Source of the DNA: Sandarakinorhabdus sp.
GTDB lineage: Bacteria > Pseudomonadota > Alphaproteobacteria > Sphingomonadales > Sphingomonadaceae
Direction of reading: 5' to 3'
Length of the DNA stretch: 64,000 nt
NCBI RefSeq assembly: GCF_051860625.1
Contig: NZ_JBHYDQ010000016.1
Span: 4,156 to 68,155, forward strand
Of the stretch, positions 45,105 to 53,627 are shown in pieces. The translations under genes and the position numbers were made by a program. Positions within the stretch are counted from its first letter, which is position 1; the number at the start of each line of letters is the position of its first letter. The notes beneath the pieces were generated by a model that searched no databases, was not told the DNA's origin, and was given only the letters and a program-made list of their open reading frames with translations.

Positions 45105-47437
45105 TGCGCTGGTGGCTGGCCGACGCCGACGACAGGCAAGCGACGCGGCATGTGCGGCGGTTCGATCCGCGCTGGTGGCTGGTGGATTTTCCGCGGCCGA
45201 TGATGGCCAGCGTGGTGACGGAAGGCGCAGAGTCGGTGGTGGTGCGGCTGGAATTTCAGCGGCGCAATGATCTCGCCGGGCTGATCTGGGAATCGGCGGA
45301 CCGCTGGAGCCACCGGCTGTGCGCTTTGGAAGAACGGCGCGACTATCGCGGGCTGTTGTGGCGGTTTCGCTGGCAGGCGAGCGGCGATGTGCTGGCGCTG
45401 GATGTGCTGAACGGCCCGGTGCTGACCATCGAGGGGCGGGACGCGGCGGGCAGCCCGCGTACCTGGTATGTGCGGCTGTGGAACTATGCGGTCGGCACGC
45501 CGATGGATGCCGAAATTGCGCTGGATTTCGATGCGCTGGTTGGCGGATTTCTGCTGCCAGCCGAGGCCGATCCGGTGTGGGCTGGCGATATCGACCGCAT
45601 GTTCATCAGCCTGGTGCCGCCGGGCTATACAGGTGCCGACACGCCATTGCTGGCGGTGGCGCAGGCGGAGGTGCGGCTGACGACCTTGTTGCTGGAGGGC
45701 GACGGCGCCGTGCTGCGCGCCGGGCGGCCGGCGCTGCCGCCGCATGACTGGCGGCTGTGCACCGCCTATGACGACAGTTACAACCAGACGCCGGAGCGCA
45801 TCCTGGAGCAGGCGCTGCTGCTCGGCTGGCGGGGGGCGATCACCCACTATCTGGGCATGAGCCATTTCATGGCGCTGCTGCCGGAAGGGGATGATTATCT
45901 GGTCGATCCGGCGCGGCCCTTTTGTGGCCCGGCGCAGGCCTGGCATGCGGATTTTCTGGCGCGGGCGCAGGCCTTGGGCTTTGCGCCGATCCTGTCGCTG
46001 TCGATGGAGTTGTTCGCCGCGCATTGCCCGGCCGATTGGGCGCAGCGCGATGTGGATGGGGCGATGGGCCTGACCGGCTGGGTGCCGCCGTCGGCGCTGC
46101 TGTCGCCGTGCCATCCGGGAGCGCAGGCCTGGTTGCAGGCCGTGGTCGCTGCCGCGATGGCGCTGGTGCCGGCCGGCATGGCGCCGGCATTTCAGGTGGG
46201 GGAGCCGTGGTGGTGGGTCGGGCCGGATGCGCGGCCTTGCCTTTATGATTCGGCGACGGTGGCGCGCTGGACTGGCGAAACCGGGCTGCCGCCGCCGCCG
46301 ATGGCCGATATTCGGGGCGCCAAATCGCCGGCCGAGCAGGCGTATCTCGATTGGTGCGGCGCGCGGCTGGCCGAGGCCACGGCCGGGATGGTGGCGGCGG
46401 CGCGGGCAGCGGCGCCGGATGTGCGCACGCATCTGCTGTTCTATGCGCCGCAGGTGTTGCTGTATGACCGGCCCGATCTGGCGCGCGCCAATCTGCCGGC
46501 TGCCTGGGCCTGGCCGGCCTATGATGTGTTACAGTTGGAGGATTACACCTTCGTCACTAGCGCCAACCAGGCCGGGCAGGCGCGGGCGCGCGCAGCGGTT
46601 GATGCGCTTCTGGGTTATCCGTTGGCCCAGCAACATTATCTGGCGGGTTTTGTGCTGAATGCCGAAGATGCAGCCGCGCAATGGCCGCTGATTGCCACGG
46701 CGGCCGCGCAGTCGCCGGCGGCCGAACGCTTCATCTGGGCCTGGCCGCAGGTGGCGCGCGACGGCTTCACCCCCTTCATGCTTGTTGATGGAGACGATGC
46801 CATGCCGGCGTTTCACGATGTGCGCTTCCCGCTGCATTTGGGCTATGGCGCCGCCGGCGGCCCGGCCTTTTCCACGCAGGTGGTGGTGACGGGTTCGGGC
46901 GCCGAGCAGCGTAACGCCGAATGGGCCGATGCGCGGTTGGAATATGATGCCGGGCTGGGCGTGCGGTCAGAAGCCGATCTGGCGCAATTGCTGGCGTTTT
47001 TCCGGGCGCGGCGCGGGCAGGCGCATGGCTTTCGGTTTCTCGATCCGCTCGACAATAGTTCGGCGATGGCGGGCGAGCCGGCGGCGACGGATCAGCCGCT
47101 GGGGGTGGGCGATGGCAGCACCACCCGTTTTGCGCTGGTGAAGCTGTATGGCGATGATGGCCTTGCCGATGATCCGCCGCAGCGTCGGCGAATCACAAGG
47201 CCGTGGCCGGAAACGGTGCTGGTGGCGGTGAACGGCGTGGCGCAGTCCGGCTGGACGCTAGGTGAGGCTGGCCACATCGATTTTGCCACACCACCGCCGC
47301 CGGGCGCGCTGGTCACGGCCGGCTATCGCTTTGATGTGCCGGTGCGCTTCGCCAGTGACCGTATCGCGGTGTCGATCGCCGGCTGGCAGGCCGGCGAGCT
47401 GCCTGGCGTGCCGCTCATTGAAATCCGCGAGGATTGA
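45101..47437 (+). CDS. distal tail protein g12 (DUF2460) fused to a 567-aa N-terminal extension
   Basis: The C-terminal 211 aa from the internal ATG at 46802 (MPAFHDVRFPLHLGYGAAGGP...FFRARRGQAHGFRF) are DUF2460-like. No stop between 45101 and 46802. GGAGA lies 7 nt upstream of 46802. Confidence 0.8.
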   Translation: MMRWWLADADDRQATRHVRRFDPRWWLVDFPRPMMASVVTEGAESVVVRLEFQRRNDLAGLIWESADRWSHRLCALEERRDYRGLLWRFRWQASGDVLALDVLNGPVLTIEGRDAAGSPRTWYVRLWNYAVGTPMDAEIALDFDALVGGFLLPAEADPVWAGDIDRMFISLVPPGYTGADTPLLAVAQAEVRLTTLLLEGDGAVLRAGRPALPPHDWRLCTAYDDSYNQTPERILEQALLLGWRGAITHYLGMSHFMALLPEGDDYLVDPARPFCGPAQAWHADFLARAQALGFAPILSLSMELFAAHCPADWAQRDVDGAMGLTGWVPPSALLSPCHPGAQAWLQAVVAAAMALVPAGMAPAFQVGEPWWWVGPDARPCLYDSATVARWTGETGLPPPPMADIRGAKSPAEQAYLDWCGARLAEATAGMVAAARAAAPDVRTHLLFYAPQVLLYDRPDLARANLPAAWAWPAYDVLQLEDYTFVTSANQAGQARARAAVDALLGYPLAQQHYLAGFVLNAEDAAAQWPLIATAAAQSPAAERFIWAWPQVARDGFTPFMLVDGDDAMPAFHDVRFPLHLGYGAAGGPAFSTQVVVTGSGAEQRNAEWADARLEYDAGLGVRSEADLAQLLAFFRARRGQAHGFRFLDPLDNSSAMAGEPAATDQPLGVGDGSTTRFALVKLYGDDGLADDPPQRRRITRPWPETVLVAVNGVAQSGWTLGEAGHIDFATPPPPGALVTAGYRFDVPVRFASDRIAVSIAGWQAGELPGVPLIEIRED

Positions 47438-47438
47438 G

Positions 47439-48239
47439 ATGCTGAGCGATGATCTCACTCATCTGGCGCTGTGCTGGCGGCTGGTGCGCCGCGATGGCGC
47501 GGCGCTGGGCTTCACCAGCCATGATGCGGCGTTGTTGGTGGATGGCCTGATCCATCTGGCGCGGCCGGGGATGACGCCGTCGGCGGTCGTGCTCGGCGAC
47601 GGGCTGGAGGCCAACGACATGGAAGTGGCCGGGGCGCTGTCGGCCGGGGCGTTGACGGCGAGCGATCTGCTGGCCGGGCGCTGGGATGGCGCACGGGTGG
47701 AATTGTTCCTGGTCGATTGGCGCGTGCCGGACGCTGGCCGCCATGTGCTGGCCAGCGGCACGCTGGGCGAGGTGGCGGTGGGTGACGGGGCGGACGCCAG
47801 TTTTACCGCCGAGCTGCTCGGGCCTGGCGCAGCGCTGGCGGCAAGCGCGGTCGAGCTGTGTTCGCCGGAATGCCGCGCCGAACTGGGTGATGCGCGCTGC
47901 CGGGTCAGCCTGCGCGGCCGCGAACCGATCTTGTTGTTGGCCGAGGCCGAACCGGATCGGGTGCGCGCCGATGGCATCACGGCGGCGGATTTTGCGCAGG
48001 GGTCGCTGCTGGTGCTGGATGGGCCGCAGGCCGGGCTGGAGCGGCGGCTGATTGCCGAGGATGACGGCTGGCTGCTGTTCGATGAGCCGTTGGCGCTGGC
48101 GGCGGGCACGCGGGTGCAGGTGCAGGAGGGGTGTGACAAGCGTTTTGCCACCTGCCGCGACCGCTTTGGCAACGCCGCCAATTTCCGCGGCGAACCGCAG
48201 GTGCCGGGCGCGGACCTGCTGACGCGGTATCAGTTCTGA
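47439..48239 (+). CDS. tail hub protein g13 (DUF2163 / BR0599 family)
   Basis: ATG 47439. LALCWRLVRRDG...GFTSHD and C-terminal CDKRFATCRDRFGNAANFRGEP. Confidence 0.85.
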   Translation: MLSDDLTHLALCWRLVRRDGAALGFTSHDAALLVDGLIHLARPGMTPSAVVLGDGLEANDMEVAGALSAGALTASDLLAGRWDGARVELFLVDWRVPDAGRHVLASGTLGEVAVGDGADASFTAELLGPGAALAASAVELCSPECRAELGDARCRVSLRGREPILLLAEAEPDRVRADGITAADFAQGSLLVLDGPQAGLERRLIAEDDGWLLFDEPLALAAGTRVQVQEGCDKRFATCRDRFGNAANFRGEPQVPGADLLTRYQF

Positions 48240-48664
48240 TGCGCGCGGCGGTGAAACTTTCGCGGCGCCGGCGGGCGGCGCTGGCGGCGGCGCGTGCGGG
48301 CATCGGCACGCGGTTTCGGCCGCAGGGGCGGGTGCCGGGGCTGGGCCTTGATTGTGTCGGCGTGGTGCTGCTGGCGGCGGCCGGGGCCGGCGTGACGCTG
48401 CCGGCGCTGCCGGTTTATGCGCTGGGCGGCGATCATGGCGCGTTGCTGGCCGACACCGTGCGGGCGTTGCGCCTGCGCCGGGTGCGGCGCGCCAAGCCCG
48501 GGGACATCATCGTGTTTCGGCTGGCGGCCGGGCATCGCCACATGGGCGTGCTCAGCGATGTCGGGATCATTCATGCCCATGCCGGCCTGGGGCTGGTGGT
48601 GGAGGGGCCGGTGCCGGGTGATTGGCCGGTGGCGGCGGTGTGGGGGCTGCCGGGGGTGCGGTGA
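48239..48664 (+). CDS. NlpC/P60-family cell-wall peptidase (g14)
   Basis: GLDCVGVV (Cys nucleophile) and HMGVL...IIHAH motifs. TGATG coupling. Confidence 0.85.
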   Translation: MRAAVKLSRRRRAALAAARAGIGTRFRPQGRVPGLGLDCVGVVLLAAAGAGVTLPALPVYALGGDHGALLADTVRALRLRRVRRAKPGDIIVFRLAAGHRHMGVLSDVGIIHAHAGLGLVVEGPVPGDWPVAAVWGLPGVR

Positions 48665-48733
48665 CGCGGCGGTTTCGAAGCGTGGGTGATGGGCCGCGGC
48701 GTTCGCCGGGGTGACGGGAAAGGGTGGAGCAAC

Positions 48734-50869
48734 ATGGCCAGTCTGGTGCTCGGCGTGGTCGGGCGGGCGGTGCTGGGCCCGTTTGGCGGCATCGTCGGTA
48801 CGCTGCTCGGCGGTGCCATCGATCGCAGCCTGGCGGGTGGCCGGCGCAGTGCGGGGCGGCAGGCGGTGCCCGAAGTGCAGGCGGCCAGCTATGGTGAGCC
48901 GATCCCGGTGGTGCGTGGCCGCATGCGGCTGGCCGGCAATGTCATCTGGGCAGCGCCGATCCGCGAAACGGCGACGCCCGGCGGCGGCAAGCGGGGCGGG
49001 GGTGGCGGGATCAGCTATTCGGCGAGCTTTGCCGTGCTGCTGGCGCGCGGGCCAGTGCAGGCCATCGGCCGGGTATGGGCCGACGGCAAATTGCTGCGCG
49101 ATGGCGCTGGCGAGTGGCTGCAACCGGTGACGATGCGGCTGCTGCCCGGCAGCGAGCGGCAAGCGCCGGACCCGTTGATTGCCGCGGCCGAAGGCGCCGC
49201 TCCGGCATTTCGCGGCCTGGCGGTGGCTGTGTTCGAGGATCTGCCGCTGGCCGAATTCGGCAATCGCCTGCCCAATCTGGCGTTCGAAGTGATTGCCGAT
49301 GCGCAGCCTGTTGATCTGGGCAGCGCGATCACGGCGGTGGCGGCGCAGGTGGATGTGGCGTTGCCGGTGCGCGGGCGCTTTCCGGTGGTCGATGGCCTTT
49401 ATCTCGGCCGGTCCGGGCCGTTGGCCGATGCGATTGCGCCCGCGGTACAGGCGGCCGGTGCAGTGCTGGCGGCTGGCACCGCGCTGGTCGGTCCGGGGCT
49501 GCCGGTGCTGTCGATTGCGGCAGGCGATGCTGCCAATGCGCGGGCGAATGGCGGTGAGGCGGTTCGCGATCGGCATTTTCGGGCCGCCAGCCACACGGCC
49601 GCCGATGCAGTCGAGCTGGGCTATTTCGATGAGAGCCGCGACTATCAACCTGGCCTGCAGCGCGCCCGGCTGCGCAGCGGCGCTCGGGTGGACAATGTGG
49701 CATTGCCGCTGGTGCTGTCGGCGGTGGCGGCCAAGGCGCTGTGCCAGGATCGGTTGCTGCGGCTGGCGGCGGCGCGTCAGCGCCGGACGCTGCATCTGCC
49801 GTGGCGCTTTCTGGGCTTGCGGCCCGGCGATGTGCTGCGGCTGGATGGCAGCGATTGGCAATTGCGCGAGCTGCGCTTTGCCGGGTTCGTGCTGACACTG
49901 GAACTGGCACGGGTGCCGGGCGCGGCGGCGCCGTTGCTGGCCAGCGATGCTGGTCGCGGGCTGGATCATGGCGATCGGGCGGCCGGGCCGACGACCTTAC
50001 TGGCGCTCGATCTGCCGCCGTTGCCAGGGGAGCTGCCGGCGGGGCCGCGGCTGTGGCTGGGTGGCGCCGGTGCCAGTGCCGGCTGGCGGCGTGCAGACGT
50101 GGTGGTGAGCGTGGATGCCGGCATCAGTTGGCAGCGGGTCGGCAATCTGGGGGCGACCGTGCTGGGCCAGGCGGTGACCGTGCTGGCGCCGGCGCTGGCG
50201 GCCGGCTGGGATCGCCTTGGCCAGGTCGAGGTCGAACTGCTGAACGATGCGATGTGGTTGGAAAGCCGGCCGGAAGCCTCGGTGCTGGCCGGGGCCAATC
50301 TGGCGCTGCTCGGTGACGAGTTGATCCAGTTCAGCAGCGTGCAGGCCATCGCGCCGCGGCGGTTTCGGCTGGCGGGCTTGCTGCGCGGCCGGCGGGGGAC
50401 CGAGTGGGCGGTGGCCGGGCATGTGGCCGGCGAGCGATTCGTGTTGATCGATGGCGGCGCCTTGCTCCGCCTGGATGTGCCGCTGGAACTGCTGGGGCAG
50501 ACGATCCTGCTGCGGGCGGCCGGGGTTGGCGATGTGGGGGTGCCTGCGCAGCCGGCGATGGTGGGCGGTGCCGGGCTGCAGCCGTTGGCGCCGGTGCATC
50601 TGGGTTGTGTGCGTCGCGATGGGCAGTTGCAGTTCGGGTGGATCGCGCAGAGCCGCGCCGGCTTTGGCTGGCCGGATGGGGGCGACGTGCCGGTGGGCGA
50701 GGCGCGAATCGCCTTCCGGGTACGCTTGCGCGATGCGATCGGTACCGTGGCCGAAGCAGAGGTGAGCGAACCGGTCTGGGCCTTTCCGGAGCGGCCGGGG
50801 CCGTTGTGGCTGGATGTTGCGCAACTGGGCAGCATGCCGGGCCGCACCGCAAGCCTGGCAATAGACTGA
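48734..50869 (+). CDS. GTA host-specificity / phage-tail protein g15, short form
   Basis: ATG 48734 after AAGGGTGGAG. SYGEPIPVVRGRMRLAGNVIWA...GGGISYSASFAVLLARGPVQAIGRVWADGKLL and FGNRLPNLAFEV are g15 N-terminal hallmarks. Confidence 0.85.
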   Translation: MASLVLGVVGRAVLGPFGGIVGTLLGGAIDRSLAGGRRSAGRQAVPEVQAASYGEPIPVVRGRMRLAGNVIWAAPIRETATPGGGKRGGGGGISYSASFAVLLARGPVQAIGRVWADGKLLRDGAGEWLQPVTMRLLPGSERQAPDPLIAAAEGAAPAFRGLAVAVFEDLPLAEFGNRLPNLAFEVIADAQPVDLGSAITAVAAQVDVALPVRGRFPVVDGLYLGRSGPLADAIAPAVQAAGAVLAAGTALVGPGLPVLSIAAGDAANARANGGEAVRDRHFRAASHTAADAVELGYFDESRDYQPGLQRARLRSGARVDNVALPLVLSAVAAKALCQDRLLRLAAARQRRTLHLPWRFLGLRPGDVLRLDGSDWQLRELRFAGFVLTLELARVPGAAAPLLASDAGRGLDHGDRAAGPTTLLALDLPPLPGELPAGPRLWLGGAGASAGWRRADVVVSVDAGISWQRVGNLGATVLGQAVTVLAPALAAGWDRLGQVEVELLNDAMWLESRPEASVLAGANLALLGDELIQFSSVQAIAPRRFRLAGLLRGRRGTEWAVAGHVAGERFVLIDGGALLRLDVPLELLGQTILLRAAGVGDVGVPAQPAMVGGAGLQPLAPVHLGCVRRDGQLQFGWIAQSRAGFGWPDGGDVPVGEARIAFRVRLRDAIGTVAEAEVSEPVWAFPERPGPLWLDVAQLGSMPGRTASLAID

Positions 50870-50882
50870 AGAGGAGAGGGAT

Positions 50883-51335
50883 ATGCCGGAAACTCCGCGC
50901 CTGGCGCTGCCGTTGCTGGCAGCCGGGCAAAGCCAGAAGGATGTGACCCACAATGATGCGCTGCTGGCGATTGATCGGCTGGTGACGCTGGCGGTGGAGT
51001 CGCGTGGCGTGACGGCACCACCGGTGAGCCCGAACACCGGGGCGGTGTGGATCGTGCCGGCCGATGGTGCCGCGGATTGGGAGCAGGCGGCAGGCACGTT
51101 GATGCACTGGTTGGGCAATGGCTGGCTGGCGCAGACGCCGCGCAGCGGCCAGATGGCCATGGTCGTGGATGAAGCGGTTTTGCTTGTTTATGCCGGTGGC
51201 TGGCATCTGGTGCGGCATCTGGCAGCGCCAGCCGCATTTGCCATGCCCAGTGGCGGCGTCACGGTTGACAGTGAAGCACGGATGGCAATTGTTGGATTGG
51301 TCACGGTGCTGCAGCAACAAGGCTTGCTGGTGTGA
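50883..51335 (+). CDS. DUF2793 domain protein (GTA-associated)
   Basis: LPLLAAGQSQKDVTHNDALLAID motif. AGGAGAGG RBS. Confidence 0.8.
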   Translation: MPETPRLALPLLAAGQSQKDVTHNDALLAIDRLVTLAVESRGVTAPPVSPNTGAVWIVPADGAADWEQAAGTLMHWLGNGWLAQTPRSGQMAMVVDEAVLLVYAGGWHLVRHLAAPAAFAMPSGGVTVDSEARMAIVGLVTVLQQQGLLV

Positions 51336-51480
51336 AGCGCCGGTAAATGGTTGCATTTTCCCCGACTACCTGTGGCAGCGCAGCAACAGAGCCGGACAAT
51401 ACGTGCTTGCGCCCGGGCAATACGCTAGGGTAGAGATTGCTGGATGCCAGTGTTTGACTGGCCACACAAAGGGGAAGACG

Positions 51481-52683
51481 ATGCGCAAATTTGCGATCGG
51501 CCTGGCCCTCGCTGCAACTGCGCTCTCGAGCGCAGCCGTGGCGAAGGACAAGGCTTGGTATATTGGTCTGGAAGCGGGCGTTGGCCTGCTGGAGAATCAG
51601 GACCTCAACATTTCGACGGCCAACCGCGCAGCGACCGTCAACAACGCCATCAAGCAGGTGTATTTCCCCGGCTTCGATGCTGGTGGTAACATCGGTTATG
51701 ATTTCGGCGGCTTCCGGACCGAATTCGCGCTCAACTACCTGCGCTTCAACAACCGCACCAACAATGTGAACGCGGTTACCCCGCCGATCAATTACACCAA
51801 TCAGAACGGCACTGGTCTGCTTGGCTCGCCGCCGCTTGGTCAGTACCGGGATTCCGGTGGCTCCGCGAGCGCGCTGGCCTTCATGCTGAACGGCCTCGTC
51901 GATTTCGGCGGCAAGGACAAGGCGGCTGGCGGTTATGTTGGTGCCGGTGCCGGTATAGCGCGCGTGACCACCTTTGGTCGCATCCGCGAACCCGGCCGTG
52001 TGTTCGTTGACGATGCCGATACCGCATTTGCCTGGAATATCCTGGCCGGCGTGTACAAGCCGATCAGCGACCATGTCGATATCGGTCTGAAATATCGTTA
52101 TCTGAACGTGACCAATGTCGATGCGTTCACCAACAATGGCCTGCCGATCGATACCCGCTTCCGCAGCCACAGCGTGCTGTTCACGCTGACCTATAATTTC
52201 TTCCAGGCTGAGGCTGCGCCGCCACCACCGCCGCCACCGCCGCCGCCGGTAGCTGCGGCCCCGCCGCCACCGCCGCCGCCGTTGCCGCCGTGTCCGCCGG
52301 CTGCCGTGACACCGGGTCCGTTCCTGGTGTTCTTCGATTGGGATCGTTCGACGATCACGGCCGAAGCTGCTGCGATCCTGGATCGTGCTGCCGAGCAGTA
52401 TATGGCCACAGGCCAGACCCGCGTTGTGCTTGCCGGCCACGCCGACAAGTCCGGTCCGGACGATTACAACCTGAAGCTGTCGCAGCGCCGCGCTGATGCC
52501 GTGAAGGCCTATCTGGCCGGCAAGGGTGTGGGTAGCGACGCGATCGCCACCGAAGCCTTTGGTGAAGGTCGTCCGCTCGTTGATACCGCCGATGGCGTGC
52601 GCGAACCGCAGAACCGTCGTGTGGAAATCACCTTCAGCGGTGCCATGGCGCCAGCGCCGACCGGTCCCTGCCAGCCGCAGTAA
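51481..52683 (+). CDS. OmpA-family outer-membrane protein (beta-barrel, Pro-rich hinge, OmpA_C)
   Basis: ATG 51481 with signal MRKFAIGLALAATALSSAAVA. Poly-Pro linker. C-terminal GHADKSGPDDYNLKLSQRRADAV peptidoglycan-binding motif. Confidence 0.85.
   Translation: MRKFAIGLALAATALSSAAVAKDKAWYIGLEAGVGLLENQDLNISTANRAATVNNAIKQVYFPGFDAGGNIGYDFGGFRTEFALNYLRFNNRTNNVNAVTPPINYTNQNGTGLLGSPPLGQYRDSGGSASALAFMLNGLVDFGGKDKAAGGYVGAGAGIARVTTFGRIREPGRVFVDDADTAFAWNILAGVYKPISDHVDIGLKYRYLNVTNVDAFTNNGLPIDTRFRSHSVLFTLTYNFFQAEAAPPPPPPPPPPVAAAPPPPPPPLPPCPPAAVTPGPFLVFFDWDRSTITAEAAAILDRAAEQYMATGQTRVVLAGHADKSGPDDYNLKLSQRRADAVKAYLAGKGVGSDAIATEAFGEGRPLVDTADGVREPQNRRVEITFSGAMAPAPTGPCQPQ
52213..52290 (+). repeat. (CCG)n-type low-complexity tract encoding the poly-proline hinge
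   Basis: ccgccaccaccgccgccaccgccgccgccg...ccgccgccaccgccgccgccg, read directly. Confidence 0.6.
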
Positions 52684-52693
52684 GCAGCCGACA

Positions 52694-52747
52694 GGCACGA
52701 AAAATCGGGGGCGTCGCGGGCAATCGCGGCGCCCCCTTTTTCGTGCC
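52694..52747. terminator. bidirectional rho-independent terminator
   Basis: GGCACGAAAAATCGGGGGCG ... CGCCCCCTTTTTCGTGCC, with A- and T-tracts on both sides. Confidence 0.7.
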
Positions 52748-52770
52748 TGCACCGGTTTGTGGGCTCACGT

Positions 52771-52800
52771 AAAAATGGCCGCCCCCTGGCGGGAGCGGCC
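52771..52800 (-). terminator. hairpin terminator for the Pro-rich protein gene
   Basis: GGCCGCCCCC-TGGC-GGGAGCGGCC (one mismatch), with the AAAAAT tract (52771..52776) on the + strand reading as ATTTTT on the - strand. Confidence 0.5.
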
Positions 52801-52826
52801 TTTGTTCTTTCAGGCTGGGTTTGGCT

Positions 52827-53561
52827 TCAGTTGCGGCCGGCTGTTGCCTCGTCCACGAATGTTTCCGCAATGACGAAATCCGGGAAGGGTTGCGGCGGCG
52901 GCACCACCAGCCCCGCGGCCGGCGGCACCAACGCCAACGCCGCACGCAATACCGGCACCATGGTCTCGGCCACCTGGGCCATGCTGCCGACCTCTGCCAG
53001 GCGCAGCGCCGCCCCGGCCTGACCGGCGGCCCAACAGAAATTATACTGGGCATCAAGGGTCGAAAAACTGTTGTAGCTGCGCGTGTTGTAGCGATCGAAG
53101 CCCGCCGCGCTGCCGGCTTTCATGGTGCGCTGGAAATGGCCGAGCATCATATTCTGTGCCGCAACCAATTCTGCGCCATGCTTGCGCAGCATCTGGTTGT
53201 AATTGTCGACGCTGCGCAGAAATGGCGAATATTGGCATTGCAAGGCAGCCACGTTCAGCGCGGCGCGGAGCATCCATACGGCGTGGGCGCGGGCTTCGAC
53301 CGGTGTCGGTCTCACCAACACGATGGCCTTTGGCACCATGATGCCTGGCGTGGTCGGCACTTCCGGCGTGGCGACAACTGGTTTCGGTGCTGGTTTCGGT
53401 GCTGGCTTTGGCACAGGCCTCGGCGCTGGTTTGACGGCAGGTTTCGGGGCGATCTTGGCCGCCGGCCGCGGGGTTGGTTTGGGCGGCACCGGAGCCGCTT
53501 CGGCAGCACCTGCCAGTACCAGGCTGATGCCAGCCGACCACAGCGAGAATCTATACTTCAT
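52827..53561 (-). CDS. secreted protein with (K/R)PxP repeat region, unknown function
   Basis: ATG 53561 (MKYRFSLWSAGISLVLAGAAEA). PKPTPRPAAKIAPKPAVKPAPRPVPKPAPKPAPKP, then a helical Cys-containing domain. Confidence 0.6.
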   Translation of the reverse strand: MKYRFSLWSAGISLVLAGAAEAAPVPPKPTPRPAAKIAPKPAVKPAPRPVPKPAPKPAPKPVVATPEVPTTPGIMVPKAIVLVRPTPVEARAHAVWMLRAALNVAALQCQYSPFLRSVDNYNQMLRKHGAELVAAQNMMLGHFQRTMKAGSAAGFDRYNTRSYNSFSTLDAQYNFCWAAGQAGAALRLAEVGSMAQVAETMVPVLRAALALVPPAAGLVVPPPQPFPDFVIAETFVDEATAGRN

Positions 53562-53627
53562 CAAAATTTCCGATGTGGGGGAAATGCCACCGGGCCGCAC
53601 CCATGGGCCGACCCGGCGGCGTGCGAA

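Larger units (their letters stand above)
33128..51335 (+). other. RcGTA-type gene transfer agent head-tail cluster (g1 to DUF2793) with non-canonical insertions
   Basis: Collinear TerS-TerL-portal-g3.5-protease-capsid ... adaptor-stopper-terminator-tube-chaperones-short tape measure-DUF2460-DUF2163-NlpC/P60-g15-DUF2793. No integrase, replication, repressor or lysis genes. Confidence 0.85.

Noticed and set aside
33128-51335. Interpretation as an intact or cryptic prophage
   Set aside because: The region has no integrase, excisionase, repressor, replication or lysis genes and no flanking tRNA or att-like repeats. It does have the GTA-specific tail-end gene set and a very short tape measure. 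A GTA is the better explanation.
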